The notes: generated from the sequence alone by a model not told the origin. DNA of 40,974 bases from a virus (IMGVR_UViG_3300047290_000201:1-40974); one strand, 5' to 3'; counted from the first letter of the stretch, positions 23,895 through 32,601 are shown. Numbers and translations are program-made.

Positions 23895-23953
23895 AATCAA
23901 TGACTTAGCACACCTGTGTTTTGGTTGACCACAATCACCAGATCGCTTATAAT
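23895..23953 (+). promoter_or_regulatory. IHF-consensus site + sigma70 promoter
   Basis: AATCAATGACTTA; TTGACC(23925)-17bp-TATAAT(23948). Confidence 0.82.
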
Positions 23954-23983
23954 AGCGGTACAGTGAACAACACGGAGCACACC

Positions 23984-24190
23984 ATGAGCTGGATCAAGGA
24001 CGGCATTAGGGTAGAAGCGGACTATCTGGGTCATGTGATACAGGGCCGGGTGGTGGACAGTCGGGTCAAATACGGCGGCCAAGTGCAATATACCGTGGAC
24101 CTGGACCAACCCGTGCAGTTTCGCTGGCGTAGCGAGCCCAGCATCCGTGTGCTGATCGACCGTGACCAAATCCTGCGTGAGATGGCTTGA
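23984..24190 (+). CDS. Small SH3-like hypothetical protein
   Basis: GGAG RBS; YLGHVIQGRVVDSRVKYGG. Confidence 0.75.
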   Translation: MSWIKDGIRVEADYLGHVIQGRVVDSRVKYGGQVQYTVDLDQPVQFRWRSEPSIRVLIDRDQILREMA

Positions 24191-24244
24191 CCAAAAAATG
24201 CATTTCACCTATAATATGGCTACACTAACAACACGGAGCCCCCG

Positions 24245-24430
24245 ATGAGTCGCAAGACACGTGAATGGACCTGCGCAGTATTGGATGCCATGGATCAGGG
24301 CCTGTTGGATCCCAAGGCCGTGGCTGAAATGTGCATGAGCTACATGAGCGAATCCCAAGTGGCAGACATGTGCCGTGTCAACGACCTCCAGGATCTGATT
24401 CCGGAAGAACAAGAGGAAGAGCAAGAATGA
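24245..24430 (+). CDS. Small hypothetical protein
   Basis: GGAG RBS, own promoter. Confidence 0.72.
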   Translation: MSRKTREWTCAVLDAMDQGLLDPKAVAEMCMSYMSESQVADMCRVNDLQDLIPEEQEEEQE

Positions 24431-24591
24431 TCCTGCGATCCATGGTTTTTGTGTTTGGACTGCTCACGGTGTTTGGTGCTGTGGGCACCCTGGACGTAGA
24501 CCCCGATGCCAGCCTGCTGTTACAGGGCGGTGTGGCACTGGTAGGCCTAATCCTCATGAGCTTGGCATTTCCTATCTTTCGCAAAGGATAA
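24427..24591 (+). CDS. Small membrane protein
   Basis: ATGA overlap; two TM segments. Confidence 0.68.
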   Translation: MILRSMVFVFGLLTVFGAVGTLDVDPDASLLLQGGVALVGLILMSLAFPIFRKG

Positions 24592-24592
24592 C

Positions 24593-25084
24593 ATGAACAC
24601 TTCCGTGACTCTGACCGCTGACGAATTCCGACGCCTGCACAATGGTCTCTGCGAGCTAGACAGCATGGTGCGGAAGCTGGCCGATAACAACGTGCATCAA
24701 AGTCAGGCCCTGGCAGACATCCTCCAGACGCTGCGCGACAGCTTGTCGGGTGCCTATGCACAAGAGAGCCGTGATTTTGATGCCAAGAACCAGCACTATG
24801 AACAGGTTCGTGCCAGCCTGGGACTCAGCGCGGTGTGGAGCATGTATGAAGTGGGTGATATGGACCAACCCCATGCCTTTCAAGGTGCGCTGCAGGTGGC
24901 ATATCTGGATCACTGGGGCGACAAACCGGTCTATGTGCAGATACGCGGCCCGCTATGGCGCGACCTCTATGCGGCCGCTGATATGGCCATACGTGATAGC
25001 GGTGATACACATCATGTGTTCGTGGAGGCTTTTCGGGTCAATAAACAACAACCCCGGCAGCTCTTACTGACCACGGGCAGCTAG
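24593..25084 (+). CDS. Hypothetical protein
   Basis: AAGGA RBS; IRDSGDTHHVFVE. Confidence 0.78.
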   Translation: MNTSVTLTADEFRRLHNGLCELDSMVRKLADNNVHQSQALADILQTLRDSLSGAYAQESRDFDAKNQHYEQVRASLGLSAVWSMYEVGDMDQPHAFQGALQVAYLDHWGDKPVYVQIRGPLWRDLYAAADMAIRDSGDTHHVFVEAFRVNKQQPRQLLLTTGS

Positions 25085-25092
25085 GAGTTCAC

Positions 25093-25437
25093 ATGCGCAA
25101 GTACAACACATGGTTCAACAAGAACAGTGAAACAGACCGCATCAACGCTTGGTTCGTGAGCGACATTACCGATCCCGAGATGGAGGACGAGAGAAAACTC
25201 TCGAAGGATCGCACCCAGAGCGAGCGTATCCGGTACCACGGCCAGGAAGAACTCCGACCCCGGGTGGCCACGTTCCCCGTGAGCCAGCTCTATGACAGTG
25301 AAACCCAGGAGCGCCGGGCCAAGATGCTGTGCGACTATCTCAACAAGATCCAAGATGCATTGGATCAAGCCGAGCGTCATGCCATCCTGGTGGATCGGAT
25401 CAAGGGCGCTCCGCCCGCAGAATCCAACAACGAGTAA
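25093..25437 (+). CDS. Hypothetical protein
   Basis: AGGAG RBS. Confidence 0.75.
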   Translation: MRKYNTWFNKNSETDRINAWFVSDITDPEMEDERKLSKDRTQSERIRYHGQEELRPRVATFPVSQLYDSETQERRAKMLCDYLNKIQDALDQAERHAILVDRIKGAPPAESNNE

Positions 25438-25443
25438 GAGATC

Positions 25444-25833
25444 ATGATACCCCAAGACCATCACGATGATGTGGTGCACCACAGCATGAATTTCATGCGA
25501 GCCATCGCCGAGGCCTATGGTAAAGAACAGGGGTTGAAGCTATGGGATACCATCGCGGATACCATAGACCCAGATCTCAAAGGCCAGATCTTGATGGCCA
25601 TGCTGACCGGCGCTGCGCCGGGACGCATCCGCGTTTGGGGACATGATTCCAATCTGCACAACAAAGTGGCCCAGATCAAGGCCGTGAGAGCCGCATCGGG
25701 TTGGGCTCTAAAAGAAGCCAAAGACGCGGTGGATGCACTGTGTGAGCGGGGCACGGCCATAGTGATCGAGTGTGATCGCAACCGTCGCGATGCTTTCTGT
25801 GCTGATCTCAGAAACTCGGGGATGCGATGCTAG
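25444..25833 (+). CDS. Protein with ribosomal L7/L12 C-terminal-like domain
   Basis: NKVAQIKAVRAASGWALKEAKDAVD matches the L12 KV.VIK.VR...GL.LKEAK.LV motif. Confidence 0.78.
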   Translation: MIPQDHHDDVVHHSMNFMRAIAEAYGKEQGLKLWDTIADTIDPDLKGQILMAMLTGAAPGRIRVWGHDSNLHNKVAQIKAVRAASGWALKEAKDAVDALCERGTAIVIECDRNRRDAFCADLRNSGMRC

Positions 25834-26192
25834 ACACTGATGATGCACAAGAACCAGGACCCAATCACCAGTTCGTGGTCATGTGGTCCTGCGAAGGGTT
25901 GGAATATGTGGCCGACATCACTGAAGATCAGCATCAGCGTGTGCTCAACCGTCTCAAAGGCAAGAAGCATATCAGCGGTGTGGCCAATATCATGCACCTC
26001 CAACTGCGGGCCCAATACAACAGTCAGAGGTTCTATGAGATCTACGTGGTCGAGGCGACAGATGGTATAACTGAACAGGACATCCGCGACATGTTTGAAT
26101 CATCGCCCCAAATGGCTGCGGACACTATTCGCAGCAAGGGCACTCGCGTGTACGGAACCCCCATGGGTCAATCCAGGCCCAAAATAACCTAA
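25827..26192 (+). CDS. Hypothetical protein
   Basis: Coupled ORF; MWSCEGLE, LRAQYNSQRFYEIY. Confidence 0.75.
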   Translation: MLDTDDAQEPGPNHQFVVMWSCEGLEYVADITEDQHQRVLNRLKGKKHISGVANIMHLQLRAQYNSQRFYEIYVVEATDGITEQDIRDMFESSPQMAADTIRSKGTRVYGTPMGQSRPKIT

Positions 26193-26201
26193 GGAGAGAT
26201 C

Positions 26202-26339
26202 ATGAAGTTTATCATTGGTTTTGTGATGGGAATCGTGGTGGGCCAGATCGGATTTGGTGGGATGGCCCGCGTGATGGACCGTGGTGTCAACATGGTGCAG
26301 CAACAGGCCCAGGAGGTGGTCAAACAACAGGGAAATTGA
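26202..26339 (+). CDS. Small membrane-anchored peptide (not in ORF track)
   Basis: AAGGAG RBS; MKFIIGFVMGIVVGQIGFGG... Confidence 0.68.
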   Translation: MKFIIGFVMGIVVGQIGFGGMARVMDRGVNMVQQQAQEVVKQQGN

Positions 26340-26458
26340 TTTGTCCAAAAGGCAACAAATAGGTTGACAGCAATAGCAATTGGCACTACAATATGAACAT
26401 GCTGCAAGAACACAGCATACAGGCAACTCAACTCAATCACTTTAGAGAGGCAACTGCA

Positions 26459-26809
26459 ATGAGCAAAGCTGAAAAACTGTTTACCGTGGCCGGTACCGCT
26501 ACCACTCCCGACGGCGTGACCAAGGTTCGTTTCGCCAACGACCTGGTGGCTCGTATCAAGATCCTTACCAAGGCCCGCAATACCAACATCAACCTGGTGG
26601 AACTGCCCCAGCCCATGACCAAGCTGGATGCTCTCAAGCATCTCCAGACCCTGGGCGTGACCCAAGGCGATGCGGGTTTCGCCGTGGCCAATAAGCTGGC
26701 TGAAAAGGCCAAGGTGGCCCAAAAGGGTGAAGTCAAGGTAACCCTCAGCAAAGGCAAGGCCCCCAGCAAGGCCAAGGTCGAAGCCAAGACCGAAGCTGAT
26801 GCTGCCTAA
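26459..26809 (+). CDS. Basic hypothetical protein with Lys/Ala-rich tail
   Basis: GAGG RBS; FTVAG...KVRFAND; followed by terminator. Confidence 0.78.
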   Translation: MSKAEKLFTVAGTATTPDGVTKVRFANDLVARIKILTKARNTNINLVELPQPMTKLDALKHLQTLGVTQGDAGFAVANKLAEKAKVAQKGEVKVTLSKGKAPSKAKVEAKTEADAA

Positions 26810-26823
26810 TCGCAGCTGATGCC

Positions 26824-26850
26824 AAAAAGCCCGCTCCGGCGGGCTTTTTT
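26824..26850. terminator. Bidirectional intrinsic terminator
   Basis: A5-GCCCGC-TCCG-GCGGGC-T6. Confidence 0.88.
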
Positions 26851-27538
26851 ATTTGTGACGCCAATGACTGCGTCGGAGATGCAGTCTGGTCGCATTGTAT
26901 TGCAAGGCAGTCAAGACCAAAGCGCCTGCCCAAGGTAGTGCAGCCACCGCCCAGTCCGCTCCGTGGCTGAACCAATGGGCCAGCAAGGGTTCTTTCACGG
27001 CCATCTGTAGCGCCACTGCAAACAGTACCGCGCTGCCCACGAACACCGCATCAGGCCATCGAGCCAGGATCCGGGTGACCATAGTGGCGCCAAACAGTAT
27101 GATCGGCACACTGATCAAGAGGCCAAGGATCACCAGAGCAAAGTCACCCTGGGCTGCTGCCGCGATGGCCAAGGCATTGTCTATGCCCATGACCGCATCG
27201 GCTAGCACTATGGTAGCCATGGCACCCCAGAATGTGGTCGCGGGCTGGATGCCGCTGTGAGCCGACGCCTGAGTCAGGCGCCAGCCGATCCAGATCAGAG
27301 CCACGGCTCCGGCCAACCTCAGGCCCGGAACAGTCAGCAACCATGTCAACACGGCCACGCTGGCTATCCTCACCAGCAAGGCACCTGCGGTACCTGCCCA
27401 TATGGCTCTCTGTCTTAGGTCAGGTGGTAGGCGATTGGCGGCCATACCAATGACCAGGGCATTGTCTCCAGCTAGAACGATATCAATGAGTATGATGGCC
27501 AGAATGGCCCATGCTGCTTCAAGGCTTAGCAATTCCAT
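26849..27538 (-). CDS. TerC family (YjbE-like) membrane protein
   Basis: IDIVLAGDNALVI and DAVMGIDNALAIA motifs. Confidence 0.92.
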   Translation of the reverse strand: MELLSLEAAWAILAIILIDIVLAGDNALVIGMAANRLPPDLRQRAIWAGTAGALLVRIASVAVLTWLLTVPGLRLAGAVALIWIGWRLTQASAHSGIQPATTFWGAMATIVLADAVMGIDNALAIAAAAQGDFALVILGLLISVPIILFGATMVTRILARWPDAVFVGSAVLFAVALQMAVKEPLLAHWFSHGADWAVAALPWAGALVLTALQYNATRLHLRRSHWRHK

Positions 27539-27550
27539 TATATGTCTCCA

Positions 27551-27645
27551 TGTAATGGTCTCGCCGCTTGCTCTCTAGACCGGGCTTGGGGCCGGGATGA
27601 CGACCTAGAGCACCCACATGATTATGGGCCAGCTACTCCCCACAA
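27551..27645 (-). promoter_or_regulatory. yybP-ykoY (Mn2+) riboswitch
   Basis: Minus strand GGGGAGTAGC...GGTCGTCATCCCGG...GGCGAGACCA directly upstream of TerC. Confidence 0.88.
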
Positions 27646-27685
27646 GTATTTAGTTCTCATGCCTAAATTCTGTAAATATAAGATC

Positions 27686-27934
27686 ATGACTGAACAAGAT
27701 TTTGAAGATCATCTACGCAGGTTGGTTGTGGATCTGTGCGAAATCCTGTGGGAGGCTGGGGTGACCAAAGTGCCCATAGATGCCATCATGCGCTGTATAG
27801 GTGTGCCTGAAGAAGCTGCCAACAGTCACCAAGGGGAGTTCTTTGCGTTGGATGGTCCTGATTTCCAGGAAAGCCTGGCGCGCCGTAGGGGCGAACGGGT
27901 GACCAAACGACCTCCCCATGCCACGCTGCATTAG
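27686..27934 (+). CDS. Small hypothetical protein
   Basis: TAAATA 7 nt before ATG; ends PPHATLH. Confidence 0.72.
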   Translation: MTEQDFEDHLRRLVVDLCEILWEAGVTKVPIDAIMRCIGVPEEAANSHQGEFFALDGPDFQESLARRRGERVTKRPPHATLH

Positions 27935-27995
27935 CCACTTTAGTTGACAGCCCCTGTCAGCCAGCATAAAATACAACACTTACCAAGGAGACATC

Positions 27996-28220
27996 ATGTC
28001 AACCAATCACGAAACCATCCGTACTGCTTTTGATACCTATATCGCTGAAAATGAAAAGTTCACAGCCAAGGGCGTGAAAGCATCCGCTGCCCGCGCTCGC
28101 AAAGCTCTGCAGGAAATGAGCAAGGCCATCAAAGAACGCCGCAAAGAGAAAAAGAAGCTCTGGCCGCAGCCAAATGAGTCTGCACAGTTGGGTCACCCAG
28201 GTGGTGCAAGATCCCGATAA
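27996..28220 (+). CDS. Hc1/histone-H1-like small basic protein; C-terminus appears frameshifted
   Basis: KFTAKGVKASAARARKALQEMSKAIKERRKE; -1 frame gives EKEALAAAK-stop at 28177. Confidence 0.75.
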   Translation: MSTNHETIRTAFDTYIAENEKFTAKGVKASAARARKALQEMSKAIKERRKEKKKLWPQPNESAQLGHPGGARSR

Positions 28221-28344
28221 TCCAGATGAGTGGATGTTGGATCTGGGTCTGGACCTGTGCCAGCAGTTGGGGTGGCAGGTGGGCGATACTTTGCAATGGA
28301 TAGACAACGAGGACGGCACATGGAGCCTACGCAAAATGTCCTAG
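28174..28344 (+). CDS. AbrB/MazE-like small protein (not in ORF track)
   Basis: MSLHSWVTQVVQDPDNPDEWMLDLGLDLCQQLGWQVGDTLQWIDNEDGTWSLRKMS. Confidence 0.75.
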   Translation: MSLHSWVTQVVQDPDNPDEWMLDLGLDLCQQLGWQVGDTLQWIDNEDGTWSLRKMS

Positions 28345-28829
28345 ACGAACTGATTAGCGCGATCGAAGATGACGTAGACACCACTGTGTCAAACCAGTGG
28401 TCTACCTTGGGTGCGGTAGGACCTACCGCACTAGGTGCGGTGGGCGCCAACGCCGCTGTGTGGTCTGTTGACGGTACCACCTCAATCAGTGGTCCGTACT
28501 GGACCACGGGTACCTTGACGCTGGGCAATGCGTCCCCCAGTTACACGTTTACCAACACTACCTGGGCACAAAACACCGTCAACATTACCAACAATGGTAT
28601 CGAGATGTCACGCGACGCGGATATCATGATTGACGGACAAAGTCTGTTGGCTCGCATCCAACGCATAGAACAGCGCCTGGCCCTGATCAATCGCGACCAA
28701 GATCTAGAGCAAAGTTGGCCCCAGCTACTAGAGGCCGCCGAAACCTACCAAAAGGTCCTGCAAGAAGTGTCAGCCAAACAGGCCGTGTGGGATCGCCTAA
28801 ATCAACCCCTGCCCAAGGCGTCAAAATGA
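28320..28829 (+). CDS. Hypothetical protein
   Basis: Low-complexity N-half, coiled-coil C-half; overlaps nadE start. Confidence 0.7.
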   Translation: MEPTQNVLDELISAIEDDVDTTVSNQWSTLGAVGPTALGAVGANAAVWSVDGTTSISGPYWTTGTLTLGNASPSYTFTNTTWAQNTVNITNNGIEMSRDADIMIDGQSLLARIQRIEQRLALINRDQDLEQSWPQLLEAAETYQKVLQEVSAKQAVWDRLNQPLPKASK

Positions 28830-29593
28830 CTGATCTCGAACTTGCACACTATATCTCAGCTTGGATTGGGCGCTATGCCCGACAAAACCACATGCGCGAT
28901 CTGGTAGTGGGCATTTCCGGCGGCATTGACAGCAGTGTGGTCAGTACGCTGTGTGCTGAAACTGGCATGCCCGTGACCGCGGTGATCATGCCCATACATC
29001 AGAGCGCCCATACCCATAGTCTCAGCGTGAGGCACGGCATGTGGTTGGCCGAACGCTATGCCAACGTTTCTGTGCTGACCCTGGATCTTGACGCGGCATT
29101 TGATGCCTTGGTGGCTACCTTGACAAAGGTGCAGGCCACTTCAGAACTGGCCTTGGCCAACAGCCGCAGCCGCTTGAGGATGATCGCACTGTATCAGATC
29201 GCCCAGAGCCGCGGAGGACTGGTGGTGGGCACCGGCAATCGGGTGGAAGACTTTGGTGTGGGCTTCTTTACCAAGTATGGCGATGGTGGTGTAGACATCT
29301 CGCCCATAGGTGACTGCCTCAAGACCCAGGTCTGGGCCATGGGCCGGGCACTGGAGATCTTGCCGGAAATCATTGCGGCCGCACCCACCGACGGTCTTTG
29401 GTCAGATGGTCGCACCGATGAGGATCAACTGGGCATGACCTATCCCCAACTGGAGGCCGCCATGCTGGCTGACGCGCTGGGTCACTGTCCCGACGACACG
29501 CGAGATCAGGAACGCCTGGCTCGATATCGCGAAATACGTCGCCAAAATCTGCACAAGATGACACCTATACCAGTGTGTATCTTGGATCAATAG
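28826..29593 (+). CDS. nadE: NH3-dependent NAD+ synthetase
   Basis: GISGGIDSSVV, NSRSRLRM, GTGN, GFFTKYGDGG, PTDGLW, TDEDQLG. Confidence 0.95.
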   Translation: MTDLELAHYISAWIGRYARQNHMRDLVVGISGGIDSSVVSTLCAETGMPVTAVIMPIHQSAHTHSLSVRHGMWLAERYANVSVLTLDLDAAFDALVATLTKVQATSELALANSRSRLRMIALYQIAQSRGGLVVGTGNRVEDFGVGFFTKYGDGGVDISPIGDCLKTQVWAMGRALEILPEIIAAAPTDGLWSDGRTDEDQLGMTYPQLEAAMLADALGHCPDDTRDQERLARYREIRRQNLHKMTPIPVCILDQ

Positions 29594-29732
29594 GTGTTTT
29601 TCCAGATGTAGTAGCATATTTGATCAAATTCTGTTACTATATACATCTACAGGCAATTTTTTAGAGCCGTCTTTCATATATGTGCCTGGCGGCTCGGCGC
29701 AGAGGATCGCGCCTAACCAAAGGAGAACTCCG

Positions 29733-30269
29733 ATGAAAACATATATGAGAGGTTTCGCATTGGGTCTGGCAGTGATATTGGCGATGACGGCCATCACCAC
29801 CGTGACCCGTTACAAGTTGGTCAGTTTGCAGTCTCAGCAGGCTCACAGTGCTGAAGTGGTATCGGTCAAAGATCGCGAACGGCAGCTCAAGTGCATGGCC
29901 GACAACATCTACTATGAAGCTGCTACCGAACCAGCTGAAGGCAAGTTGGCCGTGGGCATCGTGGTCATGAATCGGGTGGCCCATCCGGCCTTTCCCAAAG
30001 ATCCCTGCCAGGTGATCTATCAGCGCAACACCTTCTATCAAAACATCGTGTGCCAGTTCACATGGCTGTGTGATGGATCAGTGGGCCGCAGGCCGGTGCA
30101 GCAACGTCTCTATGATGAAAGCATGGACGCGGCCAAGATGGTGCTGCTGGAAGGCTTCCGCATGCCCAGCCTCAAAGATGCACTGTTCTATCATGCCACG
30201 TATGTAAACCCAAATTGGAAGAAAAAACGTGTTGCTCTAATTGGGAACCATGTTTTTTATGCGTTATGA
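29733..30269 (+). CDS. SleB-like cell wall hydrolase
   Basis: NIYYEA, VVMNRV, CQFTW, LFYHATYVNP, IGNHVFY. Confidence 0.92.
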   Translation: MKTYMRGFALGLAVILAMTAITTVTRYKLVSLQSQQAHSAEVVSVKDRERQLKCMADNIYYEAATEPAEGKLAVGIVVMNRVAHPAFPKDPCQVIYQRNTFYQNIVCQFTWLCDGSVGRRPVQQRLYDESMDAAKMVLLEGFRMPSLKDALFYHATYVNPNWKKKRVALIGNHVFYAL

Positions 30270-30836
30270 TCTGAATTTACATCGGGAACCGTGCCATCGA
30301 GCAAACATGCCTACACTCACAGTTTTTCCGCAATGTTCGCAAGTTTTTGACATTTGTGACGGATGTGTACCTTGTGATAATCTCTGTTGGTTGCTGGTTG
30401 GTCCTAATAGATTATGTGTTCCTGCAGCGATCCGTTTCCTATTTGATTTTCTCTGTATTTCGCCACCTACAAAATTATGTTTGCCCTCGGCTACAAGTTT
30501 TTTTGCATGGTGTCCTCCCAGGCAATGATGAGTCCCGTTCGCTACCTTAGCACGATGGATTTCTCCGCCGAGCCAATGGTGCTTACCATCAGAGACCAAT
30601 TTACGCATACGTTCTTGAGCAGACAAAGATGCTACTAATCTACGCATTTCCTGATTGTCTACCTGTTTCGATAATCCTTGCCAAGCGGCATAATCTTGCC
30701 AACGGCCGTATTTCTCGAATAGTATGCGATGTGCTTCGGCGTGCTCTTCGACTGTGAGTTTTACTATATTTGACGGGTCATCAGATCCGCCAGCATGTTT
30801 AGGTATTATATGATGTTTATGAAAATAAGTAATCAT
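30264..30836 (-). CDS. HNH homing endonuclease
   Basis: HKHHIIPKHAGGSDDPSNIVKLTVEEHAEAH, GxHH repeats, CEHCGK...WHGSRC. Confidence 0.92.
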   Translation of the reverse strand: MITYFHKHHIIPKHAGGSDDPSNIVKLTVEEHAEAHRILFEKYGRWQDYAAWQGLSKQVDNQEMRRLVASLSAQERMRKLVSDGKHHWLGGEIHRAKVANGTHHCLGGHHAKKLVAEGKHNFVGGEIQRKSNRKRIAAGTHNLLGPTSNQQRLSQGTHPSQMSKTCEHCGKTVSVGMFARWHGSRCKFRS

Positions 30837-30921
30837 GCTGATGCTCCTATAAGCGTTAGAGTAGTTGGGGATTGCAGTCCCGCGAACTACACCTATTTAT
30901 ACAAACAACCGGAGAAAAACA

Positions 30922-31227
30922 ATGGCAACGCTTGATGTCAAAAAGATCACTGAATGGGTAGCAGCACACGTGGCCCCAGCAACCGCAGAAACGTTCGCGT
31001 GGTTGGCCGTGGTATTCATCCACGCGGCCACCATTCCTACCCTGATAGCGGTGCTCACAGGGCTGAGCGACAGGATGCCCACTGTGGACATGGTACTGTT
31101 GACCTGGGCCGGGCTCAGCTGCCTTTTTGTGCAGGCCTCGATCCAGCGAAACATGCTGCAGATCCTGACCATAGCGGCGGGATTTCTCATCCAAAGCAGC
31201 CTAATGGCCTTGATCTTTTTCAAATGA
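30922..31227 (+). CDS. Small membrane protein
   Basis: GGAG RBS; three hydrophobic segments. Confidence 0.78.
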   Translation: MATLDVKKITEWVAAHVAPATAETFAWLAVVFIHAATIPTLIAVLTGLSDRMPTVDMVLLTWAGLSCLFVQASIQRNMLQILTIAAGFLIQSSLMALIFFK

Positions 31228-31238
31228 TCTGCTAACAT

Positions 31239-31469
31239 GTGAGCATGATAGTTGAAAAAACAAGTGAATGGATCCGATTGACCCCCCAAGATCCAGGTTT
31301 TAGGGTCCAGGATGGTATCATAATGGTACCGCGGGCAGGCATAGAACTGTCCGATCAATGTCCCAAAGCCTTTAAAGACCTGCTGATACATGCCCTTGAT
31401 CAAGGCTGGGTACAGCCCGTGGCCCGCGTACACCAACATGACTATCTGATAGCGAGATTGAAGCGATGA
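31239..31469 (+). CDS. Hypothetical protein
   Basis: Coupled to next ORF by ATGA. Confidence 0.68.
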   Translation: MSMIVEKTSEWIRLTPQDPGFRVQDGIIMVPRAGIELSDQCPKAFKDLLIHALDQGWVQPVARVHQHDYLIARLKR

Positions 31470-31795
31470 ACCAACAAACACCTGCCCAAGGTATCATGGA
31501 GATGTCACGCTACCCAGACTCCCGCTGCTTCCGAGTGTCCTGTGACTGTGGTGCCACCGAACACCAGGTAGACGCCTGGATCGAAGTGGACCGAGATGTG
31601 CCTTTCGTCACAGTGACCTTCTATGCCGAGCTGTGGACCCCGGTCAGTGATTTCTGGCAGCGTGTGAAAATAGCCTGGCATGTGCTGGTACACGGGGTGC
31701 ATCGCCAGGAACATGATCTCATGCTGCGCGGTCAGGCCGCCCGCAATCTAGCCGGCGCCATCAACAAGGCCGTGGATGAACTGGAGAGTCAATGA
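31466..31795 (+). CDS. Hypothetical protein
   Basis: CDCG motif; coupled ORF. Confidence 0.72.
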   Translation: MNQQTPAQGIMEMSRYPDSRCFRVSCDCGATEHQVDAWIEVDRDVPFVTVTFYAELWTPVSDFWQRVKIAWHVLVHGVHRQEHDLMLRGQAARNLAGAINKAVDELESQ

Positions 31796-32118
31796 CCCAC
31801 GTGGTAACTGAAGCCTGTGTACGGTGCCGCTACACCGATTGCGTGACAGTGTGCCCAGTGGACTGTTTCCACGCAGGTCCCAACATGCTGGTCATAGACC
31901 CCAACGAGTGCATCGACTGTGCGGTATGCATACCCGAATGTCCGGTCAATGCCATCCGCGCTGAAAATGATCTCGCACCCGATCAAGAAGACTGGATCCA
32001 GATCAATGCCGACCTGGCCCAAACCTGGCCCGTGATCACACAACGCACCGACCCCTTGCCCGATGCGGATGAGTGGGCCACGGTCAAACACAAAAAACAG
32101 CACCTAGATCGCGGCTAA
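31792..32118 (+). CDS. fdxA: 7Fe ferredoxin (FdxA type)
   Basis: CVRCRYTDCVTVCPVDCF, CIDCAVCIPECP. Confidence 0.94.
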   Translation: MTHVVTEACVRCRYTDCVTVCPVDCFHAGPNMLVIDPNECIDCAVCIPECPVNAIRAENDLAPDQEDWIQINADLAQTWPVITQRTDPLPDADEWATVKHKKQHLDRG

Positions 32119-32130
32119 AAATCTCTGTAG

Positions 32131-32202
32131 AATCAATGACTTAGATCTCTTGAGAATCAATGACTTAGCGCGGTTGACCGAATACGTCTTTTCCGGCATA
32201 AT
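32131..32202 (+). promoter_or_regulatory. Tandem IHF-consensus sites + sigma70 promoter
   Basis: AATCAATGACTTA at 32131 and 32155; TTGACC(32174)-17bp-CATAAT. Confidence 0.82.
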
Positions 32203-32233
32203 GTTGATGCTGTGAACAACCAAGGAGACGCAG

Positions 32234-32440
32234 ATGCAGAAACAAGCTCATGTTTTTAGTGTCAAAGTGGGACAAGAAGCAGTGGTGATGATCGACTGCC
32301 GCCCCATGCTGAAACGGCTGTTTCACACCAGCGAAGCCGATGCGGTGCGTAGCATGCGAGCCCAGGGCTATAAAGTCAAAGCGGGTGCACCCCTGAGCTA
32401 CCGGGCGTTCCAAAGACTGTACCCGGGTGTGGTGCTGTAA
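32234..32440 (+). CDS. Small hypothetical protein
   Basis: AAGGAG RBS behind promoter; palindromic hairpin 32448-32469 downstream. Confidence 0.7.
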   Translation: MQKQAHVFSVKVGQEAVVMIDCRPMLKRLFHTSEADAVRSMRAQGYKVKAGAPLSYRAFQRLYPGVVL

Positions 32441-32502
32441 CAACAACATCGGGGCCCTAGGGCCCCGATTCTCTTGATAGACCGTGTCTAAAACCCCACA
32501 AG

Positions 32503-32574
32503 AATCAATGACTTAGATCTCTTAAGAATCAATGACTTAGCACGGTTGACCAAAATCACCCATTGTCTTATAAT
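32503..32574 (+). promoter_or_regulatory. Tandem IHF-consensus sites + sigma70 promoter
   Basis: AATCAATGACTTA at 32503 and 32527; TTGACC(32546)-17bp-TATAAT(32569). Confidence 0.85.
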
Positions 32575-32601
32575 GTGTGCATAGTGAACAACAAGGAGCA
32601 C

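Noticed and set aside
32131-32545. CRISPR array or att sites from the AATCAATGACTTAG repeats
   Set aside because: Repeats are 14 bp, always precede -35 boxes and have no unique spacers; no cas or integrase gene is nearby.
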